Shown here: in pieces, positions 1 through 7,360 of the stretch | Numbering within the stretch: position 1 is the stretch's first letter | Layout of the letters: each line of letters begins with the position of its first letter | Assembly (NCBI GenBank): GCA_046263035.1 | Contig: JBHELP010000051.1 | Span: 1 to 38,877, forward strand | Reading direction: 5' to 3' | Source of the DNA: Candidatus Dormibacteria bacterium | Lineage (GTDB): Bacteria > Chloroflexota > Dormibacteria > Aeolococcales > Aeolococcaceae | DNA: 38,877 nt | Made by a program: the position numbers and the translations under genes | The notes under the pieces: generated by a model | What the model was told of the DNA's origin: nothing | Database searches by the model: none | The model's input: only the letters and a program-made list of their open reading frames with translations

Positions 1-96
1 ATCAGGAGGCCCGGCGCCTCCACCACCAGGAGCCGGCCCTCGGGCGGTCCCTCCGCCGGGCGACTCCCCTCCGCCGGCATCGCCCTGAGTCACTCC

Positions 97-1038
97 GTGG
101 TCCGCGGGCAGTGCCGTGGATGGAGGATCGGGCTGCTCACCCGGCTGGCAGGCCCGACGCTGCTGGTTGTTCCGGCTGTGCTGCTCATCCCTGCTGAGGC
201 TATGGCCCGGGCCGGAGGGGCCAGCGGCGGGAGTGGCTTTGGTGGCGGCGGCGGTGGGGGCGGACGATATGGAGGTGGCGGTGGCTTCGGCGGTGGCGGC
301 GGCTTCTTCTTCTTCCCATTCTTCGGCGGCGGGGGCCTGATGGTCACGCTGATCCTCGCCTACCTGGCGTACGTGGTGATCCGGGGCATGATGCGCAGCT
401 CGGCGACCAGCACGCCGATACCCATGGGGCCGCCACCGGCACCGGCGCAGGCTGCCGGACCCAGCGGCCCCGGAGGGTTCGACGCCATCGTCGCCCACGA
501 CCCCAAATTCAACGAGCAGGTTTTCCTGGACCGAGCCCAGGCGGCGTTCTTCCAGCTTCAGAAGGCCTGGCAAGATCGCAATGTCGACGAGGGCCGGGCC
601 TTCATGAGCCCGGGCCTGTACACCAGCTGGCGGGCTCAGGTGCAGGCCATGATCGAGCAGCATCGGGCGAATGTGCTGGAGGACCTCTACGTCCACCACA
701 TGCGGATCGTTCGTGCCGCCCACGATGACAACTTCGACACCATCGCCGTTCGTGTCGATGCCAGCGCCAGGGACTACACCGTGGACGATAGGACAGGTCG
801 CCGGGTCGACGGAGACAGGAACCAGCGGCCCTTTGTGGAGTACTGGACGTTCACACGCTCGGCGGGAGCCAAGACCCTGGTCACCGGTGGCGTGACCGAC
901 AAGCGATGCCCCAATTGCGGGGCTCCCCTGGCGATCAATGAGACCGGGACCTGCCGCTACTGTGACGCCGAGGTGACCAGCGGCAAGTTCGACTGGGTGC
1001 TCACCAGAATCGATCAGCTCAATGACTGGGGAGGCTGA
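97..1038 (+). CDS. Tim44-like domain membrane protein with Gly/Phe-rich linker and C-terminal zinc ribbon
   Basis: 313-aa ORF. Signal/anchor-like N-terminus (LLVVPAVLLIPAEAMA), a G/F low-complexity run, and a TM helix (LMVTLILAYLAYVVI). Next comes FDAIVAHDPKFNEQVFLDRAQAAFFQLQKAWQDRN, typical of bacterial Tim44-like domains. The protein ends CPNCGAPL...CRYCDAEV. The frame stays open to the window edge, so the 5' end is uncertain. Confidence 0.65.
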   Translation: MVRGQCRGWRIGLLTRLAGPTLLVVPAVLLIPAEAMARAGGASGGSGFGGGGGGGGRYGGGGGFGGGGGFFFFPFFGGGGLMVTLILAYLAYVVIRGMMRSSATSTPIPMGPPPAPAQAAGPSGPGGFDAIVAHDPKFNEQVFLDRAQAAFFQLQKAWQDRNVDEGRAFMSPGLYTSWRAQVQAMIEQHRANVLEDLYVHHMRIVRAAHDDNFDTIAVRVDASARDYTVDDRTGRRVDGDRNQRPFVEYWTFTRSAGAKTLVTGGVTDKRCPNCGAPLAINETGTCRYCDAEVTSGKFDWVLTRIDQLNDWGG

Positions 1039-1040
1039 CC

Positions 1041-1268
1041 ATGGATGACCCGCACGACGCCACATCGCCACCATCTGCGCCCAATTCGGCAGTCCGGCCC
1101 GGCGCAGGTGCGCCCATCGTGCCGGGTCCGCCCCAATCCGTGCGCGGGCCGGTATCGAGCCGCCGCCTGAATGCCAGCCTGGGGATCGCCGGAGGACTCC
1201 TGTTGGTGGGCGTGGCGGTGGTGGTGATCCTACTCTTCGTCCTCGTCATCATCCTCATCCGCCGGTAG
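1041..1268 (+). CDS. small tail-anchored membrane protein (hypothetical)
   Basis: 75-aa ORF with GGGGAGG 6 nt upstream of the ATG and starting 2 nt after the previous stop. Pro/Ala-rich N-terminus, one C-terminal TM helix (LGIAGGLLLVGVAVVVILLFVLVIILI) and an RR tail. Confidence 0.4.
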   Translation: MDDPHDATSPPSAPNSAVRPGAGAPIVPGPPQSVRGPVSSRRLNASLGIAGGLLLVGVAVVVILLFVLVIILIRR

Positions 1269-1290
1269 CCCGCCGCCCGTCGAGGCTGCC

Positions 1291-1584
1291 GTGATCATCA
1301 TCCTGGCCCTCCTCCTCACCGTGGCGCTGGCAGCCATTGGGATTGCCTGCGTGCGTGCCTACGCCGTCAGTCGCCCCGGCGGCTTCGGCTCCGGAGCGGC
1401 GGGACCGACCGGGCGGGGCTATGGCCGTTCGGACCTCTATCCGGCTGTCGGGTCCCCCAGCACGCTCTTTGGAGGCAGACGGTGGGCGCTCCTGGGCTGC
1501 TACACGGTGCTGACGCTCATCATCGTCTCGCTCGTTGTGCTGGATGGCATCCTGGTCTTCGTCATCTCTGTCGCCCGCTCCTGA
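1291..1584 (+). CDS. small two-TM membrane protein (hypothetical)
   Basis: 97-aa ORF with a GTG start and a weak GAGG upstream. Two clear hydrophobic helices flank a Gly-rich loop. No recognisable family. Confidence 0.35.
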   Translation: MIIILALLLTVALAAIGIACVRAYAVSRPGGFGSGAAGPTGRGYGRSDLYPAVGSPSTLFGGRRWALLGCYTVLTLIIVSLVVLDGILVFVISVARS

Positions 1585-1634
1585 CACGACGGTTCGGCCT
1601 GACCAGGGCCGGCACTGTCGGATACCATCCACCC

Positions 1635-2369
1635 GTGTTCCGTTCACCGCGTGGTGCCCTCATCGCAGTGTCGGCGGCAGTCGTGCTCTCGCCCCTGGCA
1701 TCGCCTGGATTGGCGCGGGTCGAGGCGGCGGGGGTGTCGGTCACCCCTGATCCCCTGGGACTGATCGTGCCGGCGCCGGCCCCCCCCGCATCTCCGCCCG
1801 TCCCAGCGCCCCTGACCGACCCGGCACGGCCCCTCAACGCACCACCATTTCCTGTGCCCCTGCATCTGCGGCTTCCCACCCTGGACGTGTCCGCCGACGT
1901 TCTGGCGGTCGGCTTGAACGGCCGGGGGCAGATGGACGCTCCCCGTGGAGCCCCGTCCGATCCGGTGTGGTCTCAGGTCTTCTGGTATCGAGGTGGGGCC
2001 ACCCCCGGCGCTCCTGGAGTAGCGACCGTCGCCGGCCACGCGGACGACAGCTTGGGCCGCCCCGCTGTCTTCGCCCACCTGGCCGGGCTCCATCCCGGGG
2101 ATTCCATCGAGATGTTGGACAAGCGCACCGGCCGAATAATGCGATTCCACGTCACCCAGACTGCCCTGTACTCGGTCGGGGAGGCGGGATCCCCGGTGGT
2201 GGCGGGGCGGATCTTCGGCACCTCGGCCGCGTCCGGCCCGGCCCTGCTGAATCTCATAACCTGCGCCGGCGACTGGCAGAATGGTGACTACGCCAAGCGC
2301 TTGGTGGTCTATGCGGTCCGGGATTCCGCGATGGTGGTTCCACCCCCCAGGCCGCTTCTATCCCTGTGA
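1635..2369 (+). CDS. sortase family protein (class F-like)
   Basis: Catalytic TLxTC-type motif LNLITCAG, upstream His (VAGHADD) and downstream Arg (KRLVVYAVR). GTG1635 gives a plausible signal/anchor (VFRSPRGALIAVSAAVVLSPLASPGLA). The longer ORF-track start at 1482 overlaps the preceding ORF. Confidence 0.7.
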   Translation: MFRSPRGALIAVSAAVVLSPLASPGLARVEAAGVSVTPDPLGLIVPAPAPPASPPVPAPLTDPARPLNAPPFPVPLHLRLPTLDVSADVLAVGLNGRGQMDAPRGAPSDPVWSQVFWYRGGATPGAPGVATVAGHADDSLGRPAVFAHLAGLHPGDSIEMLDKRTGRIMRFHVTQTALYSVGEAGSPVVAGRIFGTSAASGPALLNLITCAGDWQNGDYAKRLVVYAVRDSAMVVPPPRPLLSL

Positions 2370-2887
2370 GCGACGGCGCCCCAACTCCCCTGACGCCGCT
2401 GTCTCTTGCGGCCTCCTCGGAGCGGCCGCCACGTCACGAGACGGTCTTGCCTCAGCCCCCCGATGAGGCCATGGCCGCCTTGGGCCAGGCCCTTGCCGCC
2501 GCGGACCTGCCTCGCGCCCTGCGGCCGGTTGTCGCCCACTGGCCCGAACTGATAGACGGATGGGCGCACCTGGGGCAGGCAACCTGGCGAGCAGGTGATT
2601 CCGTTGCAGCCTATGCCTTCGCTCGCACCGGATATCACCGGGGCCTCGACACCCTCCGGCGGCACGGAGGGGCCGGGACGGGTTTGGTTCGGTGGGAGCG
2701 GCAGGAGAACCGGGGCTTCCTCCGCTCCGTCCATCTCCTGCTGGTGTGTGCCGCCGCGATCGGTGAAGTTCAGGAGGCCGTTCGCTGCCGCAACTTTCTT
2801 CTCGATCTGGACCCCGAGGACGGCATCGGTGCCGCCTCGATACCGGACCAACCCCTTCCCGGCTGGAGCCCTGATCAGTTCCCCTGA
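2366..2887 (+). CDS. DUF3151 domain protein
   Basis: AYAFARTGYHRGLDTLRRHG...RWERQENRGFLRSVHLL...AAAIGE...LLDLDPE matches my memory of the actinobacterial DUF3151 core (YARTGYHRGLD). The GTG start overlaps the sortase stop (GTGA at 2366-2369). Confidence 0.7.
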   Translation: MSDGAPTPLTPLSLAASSERPPRHETVLPQPPDEAMAALGQALAAADLPRALRPVVAHWPELIDGWAHLGQATWRAGDSVAAYAFARTGYHRGLDTLRRHGGAGTGLVRWERQENRGFLRSVHLLLVCAAAIGEVQEAVRCRNFLLDLDPEDGIGAASIPDQPLPGWSPDQFP

Positions 2888-2933
2888 CGGCGAGTGACAC
2901 CTTTTCGGCGCTCCACCGTTTGCTAAGGAGCGA

Positions 2934-3015
2934 CCGCCGCTGAGACCCAGGAGGAAGGACAGGAGCGGGGGTTGCTTGAGGGCGGCCGCCGGTGAGACCC
3001 AGGAGGAAGGCAGGG
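2934..3015. repeat. two copies of a 25-30-nt direct repeat (CCGCCGsTGAGACCCAGGAGGAAGG), period 52 nt
   Basis: The exact 18-mer TGAGACCCAGGAGGAAGG occurs at 2941-2958 and 2993-3010. Similar flanks: CCGCCG upstream and CAGG downstream. Lies in the intergenic region between the convergent DUF3151 gene and tRNA-Thr. Confidence 0.8.
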
Positions 3016-3037
3016 AACCCGGAGGCGGCGGCCGCCC
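2980..3037. repeat. GC-rich inverted repeat (possible U-tract-less bidirectional terminator)
   Basis: GGGCGGCCGCC (2980-2990) is the exact reverse complement of GGCGGCCGCCC (3027-3037). This gives an 11-bp stem that encloses the second direct-repeat copy. There is no T-run on either strand. Confidence 0.3.
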
Positions 3038-3119
3038 CTCCCTGTAAGCATAGTCCGATCAGAGGCAGTTCGTTTGGACAGGCCGCTCGGGCCTCCCGCC
3101 GGCGATCGACCAGAGAACG

Positions 3120-3191
3120 AGCCGGCGGGGAGATTCGAACTCCCGGCCAACGGTTTACGAAACCGTTGCTCTACCTCTGAGCTACGCCGGC
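3120..3191 (-). tRNA. tRNA-Thr (anticodon CGU)
   Basis: Minus strand reads GCCGGCGTAGCTCAGAGGTAGAGCAACGGTTTCGTAAACCGTTGGCCGGGAGTTCGAATCTCCCCGCCGGCT. It has a 7-bp acceptor stem, anticodon loop TTCGTAA and T-loop GTTCGAATC. CCA is not encoded. Confidence 0.9.
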
Positions 3192-3204
3192 GTGCGGTCC
3201 AGCC

Positions 3205-3210
3205 AGGATA
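3205..3210 (-). promoter_or_regulatory. candidate -10 box (TATCCT) for tRNA-Thr
   Basis: TAnnnT hexamer on the minus strand with 13 nt between its 3' end and the mature tRNA 5' end. The tRNA-Leu candidate promoter has the same geometry. Confidence 0.3.
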
Positions 3211-3257
3211 GTGGAGAGCTTCACCGTCTCGTGCCGGGCCCGGTGAGCGGAGGCCAC

Positions 3258-5300
3258 TCAGTGGATCGAGAGCGAGGCAATGGCGGCGGCGACCCCGCTG
3301 ATCAGTACGTCGGCCTCGGCGTCCGTCATCACCAGGGGTGGATTGAGCACCACCACATCGCCGAGCGATCGAACGATCACTCCCCGTTGACGCGCTGCGA
3401 GGACGACGGGACGGCCCATGCGCAGGCCGGGATCGAAGGGGGTGCCGTACTCCTGGGCGATGTCGATGCCCACCATCACTCCGCATTGGCGCACCCCCCT
3501 GACCATTGGTTGGGAGATCACGTCGGGCAGGCGTTTGCCCAAGCGGCCCGCGAGCGCGATACCGCGCTGCACGGTGCCCTCTTGCTCAAAGAGCTGGAGT
3601 GATGCGCGCGCCACTGCGCAGGCCGTGGGATTGCCGCTGTACGTGTGCCCGTGGTACAGGGTGCGGTGCTCCGTGTACGGTGCCGTGAACAGGTCATAGA
3701 GCTCCTCGGTCGCCAGGGTCGCCGAAAGGGGAAGGTAGCCGCCGGTGAGACCTTTGCCGAGGCAGAGCAGGTCGGGCCCAACTCCGGCACCGCTGGAGGC
3801 GAACAGGGCGCCGGTGCGTCCGAAGCCGGTCGCCACCTCATCACAGATGATCAGGGCTCCCGCCGCCCGAACCCGCTCCACCACCGATCGCAACCAGCCG
3901 TCCGAGTGCGGCCAGATGCCGGCGGCCGCCTGAACCCGGGGCTCGATGATGAGGGCCGCAATTGTGGGCCCCTGGTCTTCCAGGCAGCGTGACAATGCCG
4001 CCAGGGACTCAGCCTCTCCTGCGACGAAGGGCGACGGGATGGGCACGGAATCGAAGAGCAGCGGTTCGAGGAATCGATGAAAGGGCTCCGAGCGCCCCAC
4101 GCTGACGGCTCCGGCGGTGTCACCGTGGTAGGCGTCCTGCAGGGACAGAAAGCGAGTCCGGCGAGATTCTCCGCGGTACCGCTGCGCCAGCAGGGCTATC
4201 CGCAGACCCACCTCCACCGCGGCGGCCCCTGACTCCGAGTAGAAGACGCGGGTGAGGCCGGCCGGAGCCACCGCACACAGCTCCTCGGCCAGCAGCACGC
4301 CGGGGGCGTGGGTCAGACCGAGGAAGGTTGTGTGGGCAATCCTGCCCAGCTGCTCGTGTGCTGCTCGGTCGAGGCGCGGATGAGCGTGCCCATGGACATT
4401 CGCCCACAGGCTCGAGATGCCATCGAGGTACGTGTTCCCCTCCTCATCGCGAAGCCGGCAGCCCTCCCCGGAGGCGATCACCGGCGGATCCTCGCCCACC
4501 CATTCGGTGGCCTGGGTGAAGGGATGCCATACGTGGGCCCGGTCGGCCGCCACCAGGCGGGCGGTCGACTCGTCGCCGACCAAGGCGCGGGTCAGCGACT
4601 CCGCATCGATGCTCGCTGCTGCCGTCGCCAGCGGTCCGTGCCCATCAGCGGGGCGGGATGTCCTGCCCGCAATCGCTCCCAGATACGGGATCACGCCGAT
4701 CACGGGTACCGCGCATTGCCGGGCCACCTGATCGGCGTTCTCGGTGGCGAGCTCGGCACCCGCGGACCCGTCGACGTCGCTGAGGACGATGCCCAGCACT
4801 CGAAGGCCGGCGTGGCGGCAGGCTTCCACGGTGAGGGCGCAGTGGTTGATCGTGCCCAGCCCGCTGCGGGCGGCGATCACAACGGGGGCATCAAGCCGGC
4901 GGATGAGATCCCGGACTGTCATGGTGGGACTCAGGGGAACCATGAGGCCCCCCACCATCTCGACGAGGAGGACGGCTGACCCACCGGCCCGGCGACGGTC
5001 GCCAATAGCCTGAGCGAGCCGGTCCACATCCAGCCGCCGCCCCTCGGCCGAGGCTGCGGCAAGGGGAGACCGCGCTGCGACAAACGTCTCCAGGGCGCAC
5101 TCGTCGGCACGTTGGCCAACCGCCGCCGCGAGGATCTCCGCATCATCGCCGCTCTTGCCCGCGGCAACGCCCGTGGCCACCGGTTTGAGGGCTCCCACGG
5201 CGACACCATGGCCTCGAAGAGCACGAGCCATCGCCGCGGTCGCCAGCGTCTTGCCGGCGCCCGTATCCGTACCGGCGACGGCAACAAGCCCCGGGATCAT
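3258..5300 (-). CDS. bioDA: fused dethiobiotin synthetase / adenosylmethionine-8-amino-7-oxononanoate aminotransferase (BioD-BioA)
   Basis: One continuous 680-aa frame. The N-terminal part carries the BioD P-loop (AVAGTDTGAGKT). The C-terminal part is BioA-like (HVWHPFTQ, YLDGISSLWANVHGH, ICDEVATGFGRTG, LGKGLTGGYLPLSA). I take the start as ATG at 5300-5298, which overlaps the bioF stop (ATGA). The ORF-track extension to 5534 lies inside bioF. Confidence 0.85.
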   Translation of the reverse strand: MIPGLVAVAGTDTGAGKTLATAAMARALRGHGVAVGALKPVATGVAAGKSGDDAEILAAAVGQRADECALETFVAARSPLAAASAEGRRLDVDRLAQAIGDRRRAGGSAVLLVEMVGGLMVPLSPTMTVRDLIRRLDAPVVIAARSGLGTINHCALTVEACRHAGLRVLGIVLSDVDGSAGAELATENADQVARQCAVPVIGVIPYLGAIAGRTSRPADGHGPLATAAASIDAESLTRALVGDESTARLVAADRAHVWHPFTQATEWVGEDPPVIASGEGCRLRDEEGNTYLDGISSLWANVHGHAHPRLDRAAHEQLGRIAHTTFLGLTHAPGVLLAEELCAVAPAGLTRVFYSESGAAAVEVGLRIALLAQRYRGESRRTRFLSLQDAYHGDTAGAVSVGRSEPFHRFLEPLLFDSVPIPSPFVAGEAESLAALSRCLEDQGPTIAALIIEPRVQAAAGIWPHSDGWLRSVVERVRAAGALIICDEVATGFGRTGALFASSGAGVGPDLLCLGKGLTGGYLPLSATLATEELYDLFTAPYTEHRTLYHGHTYSGNPTACAVARASLQLFEQEGTVQRGIALAGRLGKRLPDVISQPMVRGVRQCGVMVGIDIAQEYGTPFDPGLRMGRPVVLAARQRGVIVRSLGDVVVLNPPLVMTDAEADVLISGVAAAIASLSIH

Positions 5301-6568
5301 GCGGCGATGGCCTCCCCAACCGCCTTCGCCGCGTCCCGCAGGTCGGATGCCGTGTGGAGGATGGATGCAACCATGCGCAGCCGGCTGGTGCCCTCGGGGA
5401 CCGCGGGCGGGCGCACCGCCTGGACCAGGAAACCTGACTCCCACAGCCTCTGCTCGGCGGTGAGGGCGCGGGCGGGTGTACCCAGGACCACGGCGATGAT
5501 GGGCATGTCCGCGGCGCCGGGGAGGACCGCCCACGGCACCCCGTGGCGACCGCTTTGCGCGTTCATCCTGAGTGGCGGGGCGCTGTGGCGGCTTGACCCG
5601 ACGCCGTGCAGCGCCTGGCGCAGGCTCCGCGCGTTCATCCGGAGACGATCGACGAGCTGGGGCGTCCGTTGCAGGACGTCCAGGGCCGCCGTCGCCGCCG
5701 CAACCGTTGGGTGGGGCAGCGCCGTGGAGAACATCAGGGCCCGGCCTCTCTGGAGCAGCAGCTGGGCGACGGCGCGACTGCCACAGATGGCGCCACCGCC
5801 CGCCCCCAGAGCCTTGGAGAATGTGACCACCCGGACGACATGGTCAGCGGAGGGGGGGATGCCGGCCGCGGCGGCCCCACCCCGGCCGCCCGGCCCCAGG
5901 ACGCCTGTGGCATGTGCCTCGTCGAGCAGAAGCCAGGCTCCATGGTGCTCAGCAAGCGAGTTCAGCTGCGCCACATCGGCGCAGGTGCCCTCCATCGAGA
6001 AGACAGTGTCGCTGACGATGACGGGCCGGCCCGACGCCCGCCGGAGTCTCCGCTCGAGGTCGTCCAAGTCCAGATGGCGGTATACCTGCACCTCACAGCC
6101 CGACATGCGGCAGCCGTCGATGACAGAGGCGTGATTGCCACCGTCGCTGAGGATCACCGCATCGCGGCCGCCAAGCGCCTGTATCGCTGCGAGGTTCGCG
6201 GCATACCCGGTGGGGGCCAGCGTCGCGGTTACCGTGCCCTCGAAGGCGCTCACGTTGTGCTCGAGCTTCTCGGCCGCCTCATGGCAGCCGCTCAGGTGTG
6301 CCGACCCGGAGGCGCCGACACCGCGATCAATCGCAGCCCGGGCCGCTGCCTCTCTCACCTCGCGATGGATGCTGAGGCCCAGGTAATCGTTCGATGAGAG
6401 CACCAGGACGTCGCGCCCGTCCACCCGGCATCGGACGTGGCTGCCGCCGGCCCGGGATCGCCTGCGCCGCAACAGGCCGGCCGTCGCCGCGTCGTCCAGG
6501 GTCTCCTTGGCCCAACTTCCCGGAAGCGGGTGGCCCTCCGAGTCGTCGAGGGCTTCCCGGGCGGGCAT
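5297..6568 (-). CDS. bioF: 8-amino-7-oxononanoate synthase
   Basis: 423 aa. Class-II aminotransferase/AONS motifs: SSNDYLGL, GSGGS-like SGSAHLSG, DEAHATGVLG, and the PLP lysine in TFSKALG. Confidence 0.85.
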   Translation of the reverse strand: MPAREALDDSEGHPLPGSWAKETLDDAATAGLLRRRRSRAGGSHVRCRVDGRDVLVLSSNDYLGLSIHREVREAAARAAIDRGVGASGSAHLSGCHEAAEKLEHNVSAFEGTVTATLAPTGYAANLAAIQALGGRDAVILSDGGNHASVIDGCRMSGCEVQVYRHLDLDDLERRLRRASGRPVIVSDTVFSMEGTCADVAQLNSLAEHHGAWLLLDEAHATGVLGPGGRGGAAAAGIPPSADHVVRVVTFSKALGAGGGAICGSRAVAQLLLQRGRALMFSTALPHPTVAAATAALDVLQRTPQLVDRLRMNARSLRQALHGVGSSRHSAPPLRMNAQSGRHGVPWAVLPGAADMPIIAVVLGTPARALTAEQRLWESGFLVQAVRPPAVPEGTSRLRMVASILHTASDLRDAAKAVGEAIAA

Positions 6569-6578
6569 GGCCGCGACT

Positions 6579-7070
6579 CTAGGTCACCTCGCGAAGTGAG
6601 CCCGTGGTCACGTCGTACACGAAGCCCCGGACGTTCTCCTTGTGGGGGATGAAGGGGCTGGCCTTGATTCGGGCCACCGATTGGCGGACATCATCATCCA
6701 GGTCCGGAAAGGCCTCCAGGGCGAAGTGGGGCTTTATCCCCACCTCCTTCTGAATCTGCTCCTTGACCTGGTCGTCGGTGAAGGTGAGCATCCCGCAGTC
6801 CGTGTGGTGGATGAGGATGACCTCCGTGGTGCCGAGAAGGCGCTGCGAGATCACCAGGGAGCGGATGGCGTCCTCCGTGACGACTCCGCCCGCGTTTCTA
6901 ATGACGTGCGCGTCACCCTCCGAGAGCCCTAGGACCCCGTAGGGGTTGAGGCGGGCGTCCATGCAGGCGAGCACCGCCACCTTGCGGGCGGGAGGCATGG
7001 GCAAAGCCCCTTTGTCGAAAGACTGTGAGTACGTCTTGCTGTTCTGGACGAGCTCGTCGGTGACGCTCAT
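6579..7070 (-). CDS. canA: beta-class carbonic anhydrase
   Basis: 163 aa from ATG7070, with GGAGGA 4 nt upstream. Zinc ligand motifs CMDARL and HHTDCGM. Close overall resemblance, from memory, to 163-aa mycobacterial Rv1284-type CanA. The ORF-track N-terminal extension to 7292 is discarded. Confidence 0.9.
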   Translation of the reverse strand: MSVTDELVQNSKTYSQSFDKGALPMPPARKVAVLACMDARLNPYGVLGLSEGDAHVIRNAGGVVTEDAIRSLVISQRLLGTTEVILIHHTDCGMLTFTDDQVKEQIQKEVGIKPHFALEAFPDLDDDVRQSVARIKASPFIPHKENVRGFVYDVTTGSLREVT

Positions 7071-7346
7071 GTGGTCCTCCCCGTGGTTGTCGTGGTTGGT
7101 TTTGCCGCGTGCAGGCCCCATGTTGACCTGTCTGCCACCGAGAAAGTCAAACCCGGGCGAGCGCAAGGGCAGGCGATCAGGGGCCGGGGGACCGGCTCGT
7201 GGCACGGCGGTGTTCCTGGGCGGGTCTCGCCCCTGACATCGCCCATGCCGTGCGACGACCGGGCGCCCGGGCAGGGCGCCGGGACGCTCCACGGCTTGTG
7301 GAGGGCCTCACGGGCGCGTCGCGCCCGACGGGTAGGGGAGTCACGA

Positions 7347-7352
7347 TACCCT
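7347..7352 (+). promoter_or_regulatory. candidate -10 box (TACCCT), leaderless-type, for leuS
   Basis: TAnnnT hexamer 8 nt upstream of the leuS ATG with no Shine-Dalgarno between them. The identical 17-mer TACCCTGACCCGGGATG recurs at 31565-31581. Confidence 0.35.
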
Positions 7353-7360
7353 GACCCGGG

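Noticed and set aside
1-88. Possible 3' end of an upstream CDS (frame 2, ...PAPPPPGAGPRAVPPPGDSPPPASP*)
   Set aside because: Too short and low-complexity to support. The Tim44-like frame is also open across this stretch, so the assignment is ambiguous.
90-347. 85-aa proline-rich ORF on the minus strand
   Set aside because: It is the antisense shadow of the Gly-rich (GGC/GGT) tract of the Tim44-like gene. Poly-Pro arises simply from reading GGN codons backwards.
1041-1268. 75-aa TM+RR-tailed ORF as a minimal sortase substrate
   Set aside because: It has no N-terminal signal peptide and no LPxTG/LAxTG-like motif before the hydrophobic segment (it reads LNASLG). Its architecture fits a tail-anchored protein better.
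2888-3257. tRNA-Thr as an integration hotspot (att site / genomic island boundary)
   Set aside because: There is no integrase and no repeat of the tRNA 3' end. The flanking genes (DUF3151, bioDA) are ordinary core genes with the same composition.
5301-5534. N-terminal extension of the bioDA ORF (and similar extensions at 7071-7292, 17060-17611, 18315-18443, 19208-19333)
   Set aside because: The extensions are Arg/Pro/Gly-rich, overlap the upstream gene or promoter region, and precede internal starts. Those internal starts have SD or overlap coupling and coincide with where homology begins.
5112-6134. 340-aa plus-strand ORF
   Set aside because: Antisense to bioF. Arg/Ala/Pro/Ser-rich shadow-frame composition with no motifs.
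7071-7360. T-box or other riboswitch leader upstream of leuS
   Set aside because: I found no T-box-like conserved sequence or terminator/antiterminator. A -10-like hexamer sits only 8 nt from the ATG, which argues for essentially no leader. The region is better read as a divergent promoter region with canA.
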